The translations under genes and the position numbers were made by a program. Of a DNA stretch of 64,000 nucleotides, positions 57,131 through 64,000 are shown in pieces (the first letter of the stretch is position 1; each line of letters begins with the position of its first letter). Under the pieces are notes generated by a model. The model was not told the DNA's origin. It worked only from the letters and a program-made list of their open reading frames with translations, and ran no database searches. Location of the stretch: the IMG/VR virus record IMGVR_UViG_3300050143_000020, positions 1,984-65,983 of that record; one strand, 5' to 3'. The DNA comes from a virus.

Positions 57131-57307
57131 ATGACACGATATCAACATTCTTTGCTTATTACATCAATCTGTTTTCTTCTGTTCGTAACTCAAGTTATTA
57201 CTGGAGCTCATGTTTTCCATGTTGTATGGGCATTTCTTTGTGCTGGGACTTGTGCAATCTTTTCTTCGAACATCGAGCAACAAATGAAGGATATCAGCTA
57301 TGAATAA
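57131..57307 (+). CDS. Small two-helix membrane protein (58 aa)
   Basis: Two hydrophobic segments; translated by hand. Confidence 0.5.
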   Translation: MTRYQHSLLITSICFLLFVTQVITGAHVFHVVWAFLCAGTCAIFSSNIEQQMKDISYE

Positions 57308-57641
57308 AATTTATCCCAAGGATGTTACATTCATCCGTAAAATTCTTCTGAACTATGGTGAAGATCATGAAGACTTTGGTCTTTGTTACTATACAGATAA
57401 AAGAGCTTCCGTATTTGATAATATCAGTACATATCAATTTATTGGATCTTTTGTTCTGAAACATCTTCCTGGTTCGTTTGGATATACAAGCCTTCGCGCT
57501 GAATTTGCATCTTTGATCTGTGATTACATCGATCATGGATTTGAATATGGTGAATGGTATAATGGAGTGTATCGCTTCAAATCTACACCAGAAGGCGTGA
57601 AGATTCGACGCAGGATGAAGTATCTTGCTACTGGAAAATGA
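57300..57641 (+). CDS. Hypothetical protein
   Basis: ORF track. Confidence 0.6.
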   Translation: MNKIYPKDVTFIRKILLNYGEDHEDFGLCYYTDKRASVFDNISTYQFIGSFVLKHLPGSFGYTSLRAEFASLICDYIDHGFEYGEWYNGVYRFKSTPEGVKIRRRMKYLATGK

Positions 57642-57856
57642 TCTTCGATACACAGATCAGAAAAGCTAGGAAGAACCATCTTTGCACATGGTGCGGAGAA
57701 AATATTCTTCCTAGTGAATCGTATGCATGCTGGGTTTCAGTTGAAGATTCTTTCTTCTCAAACAAGATGCGCATTGAATGTCACGAAGCAACAGAAAAAT
57801 TAAACGAAGAATATACTCCGTATGAAAATCAGAGAGGAAAGTTAGAGGATGAGTGA
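57638..57856 (+). CDS. Small Zn-binding hypothetical protein
   Basis: KARK.H.C.WCGE.I...E.Y ... EC. Confidence 0.65.
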   Translation: MIFDTQIRKARKNHLCTWCGENILPSESYACWVSVEDSFFSNKMRIECHEATEKLNEEYTPYENQRGKLEDE

Positions 57857-58247
57857 AAATGTACATATCTTATGGGACGTAATAAATATCCCAGGAGTTT
57901 TGAAAGTCGATCCAACAGGAAGTCGAGAAATTTGTAATCCGGCTCCGACCGATACAGATTACGATATCATCTGCCTAGTCAATCGTGACATTCATAACGA
58001 TTTAGTTGATACAATTGGGTTTGAGCATACATCAAACCAAGAAGGATATGAAGACATTGATTCTTTTATTGATTGTTATCAATACGAAGAGATCAATCTC
58101 GTTGTGATCAGAGATCCAGATTTCTATAGGAAATTCAGAAGCGCAACAATACTTTGCAAAGCTCTTAATGTGTTGGATAAAACCAAAAGACTCGAAATTT
58201 TCGATCTGATTCTTTACAGGCAGGAAAAGTTAGATGATCATAAGTGA
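57849..58247 (+). CDS. Minimal nucleotidyltransferase-like protein
   Basis: TGSR.IC.P.PT.TDYDI (GS plus DxD). Confidence 0.6.
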   Translation: MSENVHILWDVINIPGVLKVDPTGSREICNPAPTDTDYDIICLVNRDIHNDLVDTIGFEHTSNQEGYEDIDSFIDCYQYEEINLVVIRDPDFYRKFRSATILCKALNVLDKTKRLEIFDLILYRQEKLDDHK

Positions 58248-59130
58248 TTTTTCAAAGACAGCTTACGCGTGCGTACATGCAATGGCTGATGATATCAAAG
58301 TGTCTTCTTCCGAAGAAGTAGAGAACATCCTACGTCACATGATTATAAATTCTTTCACGACAACGCAAAAGAAGTTCCGTAAAGATTATGGAAGTATGGT
58401 GATTGGTCTTGACGGTATGAAGAATTTCCGTAAAGAAATCCATCCAGAATACAAAATTCATCGAAAGAAGAATCGAGAAAATGATGGGATGCCTTGGCAT
58501 ATCATTTTTAACTGTATGGATATCATTCGCGAAGAAGCGAAGATGTACTTTCCATGGAAAGTAGTATGGTCTGATCGAGCAGAAACAGATGATGTGATGG
58601 CCGTTCTGGTTGAAGAAGTAGCTAACAAGAACATGATTCAAATTGGTGTTATCGAGGAACCAGAACCTGTACTTCTTGATACCAGAGATCATGACATGTA
58701 TCAGCTTCAGAAGTATTCAAATGTCAAGCAATGGTCTTCTGTTGATCGCAAGTTTATTCGGCCAGATAAGCCTCCCAAAGAATATCTTCGTGATATGATC
58801 ATCGGTGGCTGTAAAGGAGACGGTGTAGATAACGTTTTCTCCCCTTTGGGAAGCTATGCAAATGGAGTCAGACAGAAAGCATGTATTGCTAGCAGAGTTG
58901 CTCCTATCATCAAGCATGCGAACATCTTTGATTACAATGATGATCCAGAAATTGTAAAGCGTATTAGACAAAATTATCAATTGGTTTGCTTTGATGGCAT
59001 TCCTTTGGATGTCCGTGAAGATATCTTGGAATCATGGAACACTCGTAAGAAAAATTCCAAGATGACTATGATGAAGTATTTGAATGAAAAGAAGTGCAAG
59101 CGCCTTCTTGATTTATTGGATGATATGTAA
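58234..59130 (+). CDS. rnh: T4-type RNase H (5'-3' nuclease)
   Basis: RHMIINS, NFRK...PEYK..RKK.R, AETDDV, D.D..QLQKY, GDGVDNV.S. Confidence 0.92.
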   Translation: MIISDFSKTAYACVHAMADDIKVSSSEEVENILRHMIINSFTTTQKKFRKDYGSMVIGLDGMKNFRKEIHPEYKIHRKKNRENDGMPWHIIFNCMDIIREEAKMYFPWKVVWSDRAETDDVMAVLVEEVANKNMIQIGVIEEPEPVLLDTRDHDMYQLQKYSNVKQWSSVDRKFIRPDKPPKEYLRDMIIGGCKGDGVDNVFSPLGSYANGVRQKACIASRVAPIIKHANIFDYNDDPEIVKRIRQNYQLVCFDGIPLDVREDILESWNTRKKNSKMTMMKYLNEKKCKRLLDLLDDM

Positions 59131-59321
59131 TGACAATAGAATGCTACTTTAGTTCATGTGGACGACACTCTTGCCACTATGATCCAGACAATGGTCCTTT
59201 TTGTGATGAACCAAAATGCGTTGCTACATCTGATGAGATTGCATTCTTCGAGATAGAACGCAGAAACTTCTTAGAAAGAATTTATAATGAAAACAAAGAA
59301 ACAGGTGATTCGAGTAGGTGA
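59130..59321 (+). CDS. Small Cys-rich hypothetical protein
   Basis: C....C..H.C...GPFC.E..C. Confidence 0.55.
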   Translation: MTIECYFSSCGRHSCHYDPDNGPFCDEPKCVATSDEIAFFEIERRNFLERIYNENKETGDSSR

Positions 59322-59814
59322 TCTAGTCGAAGTCGTGAATCATCGTTGGATTGATCGAATTGGATACAATCTTGTCTGGACAGATCTAGTTGAAGAAGTT
59401 GAGAATGATCCAGTAACACATGAAGCGATGAAAATCCTTAGAATGTGGAATGGACCTACATTCTTCGAAGCTATACCTAATCACTTTCCTCGTGATTTTA
59501 TCAGAGCTATTGCTAAACATCGAGTAGATGAGCGAGGATTCGGTGGTGATGAAAGAAAGATTCATTATCTAGAATCAAAATTTGTAAATCCATTTTTTGA
59601 TAGTTATAAATGTCGCGTGATAGGGAAACGAATTGCAAAGACTGGAACATATTTTCCTCCTTGTAATCGAAGAGTTTACGATCCTTGGAATGGCGATTAC
59701 CATGATCCAACTCCTGGTGGATTAGCTGATTGCAAGACTCATATCATTCTGAAATTGGAAAATGGATGTGAGATCGAAGAATGTGACGTAAAATTGATCG
59801 AAAGAGCAAAATGA
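59287..59814 (+). CDS. Hypothetical protein
   Basis: ORF track. Confidence 0.65.
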   Translation: MKTKKQVIRVGDLVEVVNHRWIDRIGYNLVWTDLVEEVENDPVTHEAMKILRMWNGPTFFEAIPNHFPRDFIRAIAKHRVDERGFGGDERKIHYLESKFVNPFFDSYKCRVIGKRIAKTGTYFPPCNRRVYDPWNGDYHDPTPGGLADCKTHIILKLENGCEIEECDVKLIERAK

Positions 59815-60074
59815 GTTGTTTCTGTACAGGAATTTGCAAAGAATTAGGATATTGTCCTAATCATGATAGAACAGATCTAAATCCTTCAAAAATCTTTATG
59901 AATGGATACTTTGAAAAGGTTGCAGAACGAGTCGAGTGCAAGCATCCAGAACACAATCCACCAATGCACATTGCAATTCCTTCTGGATATAGATACATTC
60001 ACATCTGTCCAAAGTGTGGAGCAAACACAGTGATGCAAGATAACATGATTCAAATGAAAACTTTAGGAGGATGA
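59811..60074 (+). CDS. Small Cys-rich hypothetical protein
   Basis: C.HPEHNPP.HI.IP.G...H.CP.CG. Confidence 0.6.
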   Translation: MSCFCTGICKELGYCPNHDRTDLNPSKIFMNGYFEKVAERVECKHPEHNPPMHIAIPSGYRYIHICPKCGANTVMQDNMIQMKTLGG

Positions 60075-60075
60075 T

Positions 60076-60471
60076 ATGATAAAAAGTTCAAAAGTAAACA
60101 TGATTGATGTTTCAGATTTTGATGATCTGGTAGTGAAGACTTACGGAAGAACATATAGTTTTCAACAGCAAGATGGATGTAAAGAAAGAGGAACATATAG
60201 CTTTAGTGTTCCTATTCTTGGTCCATGTGATTTTGAGAATGATACGATCCCAGAAGAAGTAAATGGCGATGAGATGGGTGTCAGTTTCAAATCATGGCTT
60301 GAAAGAGATCCTAACCAGAAGTTGAATTCATCGGATGAATGGGAAAGAGAACATGGTCTTAATCTGTTCTGGAAGCGTAATTTCTATCCATCTGTTGATA
60401 CGGTGATTGATGATCTTTACAAGAAAGGTCTGATCGAAGAAGGAGACTATTGCATTGATATTGATTGGTGA
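60076..60471 (+). CDS. Hypothetical protein
   Basis: AGGAGG RBS. Confidence 0.7.
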   Translation: MIKSSKVNMIDVSDFDDLVVKTYGRTYSFQQQDGCKERGTYSFSVPILGPCDFENDTIPEEVNGDEMGVSFKSWLERDPNQKLNSSDEWEREHGLNLFWKRNFYPSVDTVIDDLYKKGLIEEGDYCIDIDW

Positions 60472-60474
60472 TAA

Positions 60475-62097
60475 ATGAACATTGATGAAATCACATCTCT
60501 CGCGAAAAAACACCTCGGGAAGCCTACGCCTAATCCAGGACAGATTGAGGCTATTGTAGGGGCCGTAGACGCGTTCTTGAGTGGGTATAAACATGTAATC
60601 ATCTCTGCACCAACAGGCTCTGGCAAATCCGTAATTGCAACAACGGTTCATAAGGTTCTACGAGAAATCAAAGGCAAATGGCGAACGACCCTAATCACGT
60701 CAACCAAAGGCTTGCAAGATCAGTACACAAATGACGATAGGTCTATCGTAGATTTACGAGGTAAGACGAACTACAATTGTCCTCTCGGTGTCGGTCCATA
60801 CAATTCTGGCGGATGTCGTTCTAAGATTGCAACGAATAAGTGCCAGAAGAACGTCATGTGTCCATATGTCAAGAAACGAACATACTGGTGCAATCAAGCA
60901 AATCTTCGGATTACAAATTCTTCATTTCAGATTGAAGCATGTCCTGCTATTTGCATGGAACCAGAAAATGTCGCAGATCTGATAGTTGTTGATGAGTGTC
61001 ATGAAATTGATGACTTGATCATCGAGCATACTTCGATCTCATTCAACATCGAAGATTATGTCCTGACAAGAAAGTATGGCGGTGCTGCATTTCTATCCGC
61101 TCTTGCTGGATATCTGGAGATCTTTAAGTCCATTGCAGTAGGAACAACATTTCAAGTCAATTCCGCGATGTATGAAGGGATGGAAAGATTAACAGAACTT
61201 GTTGCATCTTTAGTTGCCCAGATGGAAGAACTACTTGAAGAAGATCGTAATGATAAAGAATTGATTGGCGATCTTCTAGAAGCTTTGCAGCAGATTCAAG
61301 ATAAGACTGAAATATTTGATGCAGCTGGACATAAGGGAACATGGATTGTCCATTCATATGGTCCTGGTCAGATGGAAATCAAGCCAGTGTTTGCTTGGCA
61401 AGTTTCAAATCATTCTTTGTTTCGTAAAGCATCTTACTTCTTGCATATGTCTGCTACTGTATGTGGATATGAGCAATACATGAAGAATCTTGGAATCAAA
61501 GAAGAAACATGTCAAATTATTGAAGTTGAAAATTCAATCCCTGTCAAGAATCGAGTCGTCAAAGTTATTCCGACCCAGAAAGTTTCTGGGAACTATGACA
61601 TTGATAAGCTAGCAAAGAACATTGACATGTTGATTGGGATGAATAAAGGAATGAATGGAATCATTCACACTGTTTCGTTCAAGTTAGCAAACGAAATCAA
61701 AGATCGATCGAAGTACGCTCATAAGATGATTGTTTCTGGTGATCGAAGTGATATCCTCGAATTCTTGGATCCATCGAACAAAGGTAACATCGTTCTGAGT
61801 CCTTCTATCGTCAAGGGATATGACTTTAAAGGAGACATGTCCAGATTTCAGATTATTGCAAAGGTTCCGTTTGCATTTCTTGGAGATCCTCTAGTTGCTC
61901 TGAACGCTAAAGAAAGACCTGATTGGTATGCTCGTAAAGCAATTCTTTCATTGGTTCAGAGTTGTGGACGATCTATTCGGGGTGTTGATGATTGGGCGAA
62001 TACATACATCATTGATACAAATTTTCTTCGATTGATTCGAGACAATCATGATATCTTCCCTGATTGGTTCGTTGAATCGCTTGAAATCGTTCAATAA
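60475..62097 (+). CDS. DinG/YoaA (XPD-family) SF2 helicase
   Basis: APTGSGKS, LQDQY, L.GK.NY.C with four Cys, VDECH, HMSAT, KVPF..LGDP, QSCGRSIR...D. Confidence 0.9.
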   Translation: MNIDEITSLAKKHLGKPTPNPGQIEAIVGAVDAFLSGYKHVIISAPTGSGKSVIATTVHKVLREIKGKWRTTLITSTKGLQDQYTNDDRSIVDLRGKTNYNCPLGVGPYNSGGCRSKIATNKCQKNVMCPYVKKRTYWCNQANLRITNSSFQIEACPAICMEPENVADLIVVDECHEIDDLIIEHTSISFNIEDYVLTRKYGGAAFLSALAGYLEIFKSIAVGTTFQVNSAMYEGMERLTELVASLVAQMEELLEEDRNDKELIGDLLEALQQIQDKTEIFDAAGHKGTWIVHSYGPGQMEIKPVFAWQVSNHSLFRKASYFLHMSATVCGYEQYMKNLGIKEETCQIIEVENSIPVKNRVVKVIPTQKVSGNYDIDKLAKNIDMLIGMNKGMNGIIHTVSFKLANEIKDRSKYAHKMIVSGDRSDILEFLDPSNKGNIVLSPSIVKGYDFKGDMSRFQIIAKVPFAFLGDPLVALNAKERPDWYARKAILSLVQSCGRSIRGVDDWANTYIIDTNFLRLIRDNHDIFPDWFVESLEIVQ

Positions 62098-62112
62098 TAT
62101 ATCAGAATGTTC

Positions 62113-62140
62113 TTGACTTTTGATTTATTACGTGTAAAAT
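62113..62140 (+). promoter_or_regulatory. Early promoter TTGACT-16-TAAAAT
   Basis: Consensus-like. Confidence 0.6.
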
Positions 62141-62149
62141 AAGGATACC

Positions 62150-62596
62150 ATGACAACAGCAAATGAACTATCAAAACTCATCAAACAATATGAATTGGTC
62201 ATAACAGAACGGATCATGTCCTCTAGCTTCCAACAAATTTCTTCCATGAAAGAATCCGGATATTTTAGTTCGATGAATCCAAGGATAGAAAAAGCAAACA
62301 AGCATCTGAAAAAATTGTCTGAACAATACGAAAATCTTACACAAGAAATCAAATGTAAGTTACAATATGCTATGGAAGACTATCTGATTTCTGTTGGCTG
62401 TTGCAAAATTTCAGAACAATGGGAAATTACTCTTGATGGATATAAACAGCGTGTCGACTGCATTGGAATTTCTTATTTTTATTCCGACATGGAGTCTGGC
62501 ATGGCTAGACTTACCATCGGAAACGGATCGCAGACATATAACTTCAAAATTTTAGATAAATTCATTCGTTTTGAAACCGATAACTGTATGTATTGA
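62150..62596 (+). CDS. Hypothetical protein
   Basis: AAGGA RBS. Confidence 0.65.
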   Translation: MTTANELSKLIKQYELVITERIMSSSFQQISSMKESGYFSSMNPRIEKANKHLKKLSEQYENLTQEIKCKLQYAMEDYLISVGCCKISEQWEITLDGYKQRVDCIGISYFYSDMESGMARLTIGNGSQTYNFKILDKFIRFETDNCMY

Positions 62597-62605
62597 AAGA
62601 TTACC

Positions 62606-63046
62606 ATGAGCATCATCAGAGCAATTGAAAAAGCGTATCAAAAAGCAAAAGAACGAAAGTATGATAAGATCTACTTCTCGATTGATTTGCATGACACGAT
62701 CATCAAAGGCAACTATGTAAATGGAACCTATGATTTCATCAATGATGATGTTAAGCGATGTTTGCAAATGCTATCCAGATTTGATGAAGTTGTTCTGATT
62801 CTTTGGTCTTCTCTATTGGAAGAAGGAAAAGAAGATATCAGGACTTTCTTGGAATTCCATGGGATTTATTTTGATTACATCAATTGTAATCCAGACGAAG
62901 AAAATACTTTTTACGCAGATTTTTCACAGAAGTTTTACTTTTCTGTACTGATAGACGATAAGGCAGGCTTTGATCCTGATTATGACTGGCATTCTATTAT
63001 GATTTGGTATCAGAATCGTGTAGCAGATGTTGATTTTATATTTTAA
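62606..63046 (+). CDS. HAD-like phosphatase-fold hypothetical protein
   Basis: SIDLHDTI, LILWSS, FDYIN.NP, LIDDKAGF. Confidence 0.65.
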   Translation: MSIIRAIEKAYQKAKERKYDKIYFSIDLHDTIIKGNYVNGTYDFINDDVKRCLQMLSRFDEVVLILWSSLLEEGKEDIRTFLEFHGIYFDYINCNPDEENTFYADFSQKFYFSVLIDDKAGFDPDYDWHSIMIWYQNRVADVDFIF

Positions 63047-63058
63047 TTGGAGCTGATT

Positions 63059-63427
63059 ATGATGAATAAAGAAATTAAGACTAAGTGGCTCGCTGCTCTC
63101 CGTTCCGGCGAATACAAGCAGGGGATGGGAGCTCTGCATAACATTGCAGAAGATTCTTATTGCTGTTTGGGTGTTCTTTGTGATATCTATGCAAAAGAAC
63201 ACCAAGAATCGGAAAATGTTAGACGACCGCATCCTGATAGTGGTGAGACTGAAATGTTCTATGACGAATCAGCTGTAGCACCTGATTTGATTGTATCGTG
63301 GGCTGGAATCCAAGACGGAAATCCTTATATCAAAGTTGATAATAAATATAATCGTTCAGTTGCCGAACTGAACGATAACGGAAAAACGTTTGAAGAAATC
63401 GCAGACATCATCGAAGAACAGCTATGA
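63059..63427 (+). CDS. Conserved phage hypothetical protein
   Basis: W..ALRSGEY.QG...L....YCCLGVLCD ... LND.G.TF.EIAD.IE. Confidence 0.75.
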   Translation: MMNKEIKTKWLAALRSGEYKQGMGALHNIAEDSYCCLGVLCDIYAKEHQESENVRRPHPDSGETEMFYDESAVAPDLIVSWAGIQDGNPYIKVDNKYNRSVAELNDNGKTFEEIADIIEEQL

Positions 63428-63666
63428 TTTATTTTGTTGAAATGTTTGATGGGAATAAATATAAAGTTGAATCGGGTCATTGGATGGACATGCTTGGATT
63501 TAAAACATCGCATCAAGCAACATTCGTTTTTGATACATACTACAAACAAATTTTGAAAGATCGATTCTTTATGCCATTTGATAAGTTCTTGGAAAAGCTC
63601 CATTCTTTTGATAAAGTTCCATTCGTAACGAAAGACCAACTAGATATTTTATATGCCGATGTATGA
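63424..63666 (+). CDS. Hypothetical protein
   Basis: ATGA overlap. Confidence 0.55.
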   Translation: MIYFVEMFDGNKYKVESGHWMDMLGFKTSHQATFVFDTYYKQILKDRFFMPFDKFLEKLHSFDKVPFVTKDQLDILYADV

Positions 63667-63928
63667 TTTTCATTGCCATTCATGTGGCAACCAATTTGAG
63701 AAGATCGTAAGTTACGATATTTCTCAACTCCCTATCCAATGTCCAGATTGTGAAAAATTTGATTCTCACAGACAACCATCAGCACCTCTTCTGGGAGATT
63801 CTGATAGAATGTTTGCTCAAAAGAAGACGTCATCGGGATGGAAGGAAGTTCTCAGAAAGATCCATAAAGGATCACCAGGAAGTCGAATGACAGAAACGTC
63901 TTCGATTGATTTTAGTTCAAAAGAATAA
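63653..63928 (+). CDS. FmdB-family zinc-ribbon protein
   Basis: MPMYDFHCHSCG..FE.......CPDC; G.W.EVL.KIH. Confidence 0.8.
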   Translation: MPMYDFHCHSCGNQFEKIVSYDISQLPIQCPDCEKFDSHRQPSAPLLGDSDRMFAQKKTSSGWKEVLRKIHKGSPGSRMTETSSIDFSSKE

Positions 63929-63939
63929 TAAGGAAATAA

Positions 63940-64000
63940 ATGTCCCAATTTGATGAAATGTCCCGTTTAAATGTTGTTCTGAATCGAGCAACTGCTTTGG
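63940..64000 (+). CDS. Start of a gene truncated by the window end
   Basis: AAGGA RBS; MSQFDEMSRLNVVLNRATAL. Confidence 0.5.
   Translation, partial: MSQFDEMSRLNVVLNRATAL

Noticed and set aside
457-63639. Numerous short ORFs nested in or antisense to annotated genes
   Set aside because: No RBS or motifs; expected by chance opposite real coding sequence
1-64000. Stop-codon reassignment
   Set aside because: Core genes are intact under the standard code and TAA, TGA and TAG all end genes
1-64000. tRNA, tmRNA or rRNA genes
   Set aside because: No T-loop GTTCGA(A/G)T plus acceptor stem pattern in any intergenic gap
1-64000. Apparent abundance of GATC and GANTC sites
   Set aside because: Visual impression only; needs observed/expected counts under a codon-aware model

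Overview
AT-rich segment of a large T4-like myovirus (far-T4/jumbo type), almost all genes on the + strand, standard genetic code. 1-21.4 kb is a late structural block behind TAAATA late promoters: tail-fibre/appendage proteins, gp3-like, a DUF4815 structural protein, a signal-peptide beta-helix protein, a His-rich protein and an ADP-ribosyltransferase-like protein. 21.4-64 kb interleaves replication/recombination genes (uvsW, uvsY, uvsX, gp40, gp41, gp32, gp39, gp52, gp61, rnh, DinG-like) and nucleotide/NAD genes (nadM-Nudix, nadV, thyX, probable class II RNR, denV) with many small early ORFs behind sigma70-type promoters. Most unusual: (1) an inverted HNH endonuclease cassette that strands the old topoisomerase 5' end and supplies a divergent new one; (2) a ~550-nt promoter-driven, minus-strand structured non-coding region next to uvsW; (3) an apparently Sec-exported beta-helix protein inside the tail module; (4) an exact 24-nt sequence shared by two unrelated genes 18.6 kb apart; (5) candidate counter-defence genes (NAD salvage pair, DUF2829/Tad2-like, phosphoesterase, HD hydrolase, SLOG, MazG-like). 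No tRNA, rRNA or CRISPR array was seen. All family calls come from motif recognition by eye; no searches were run.
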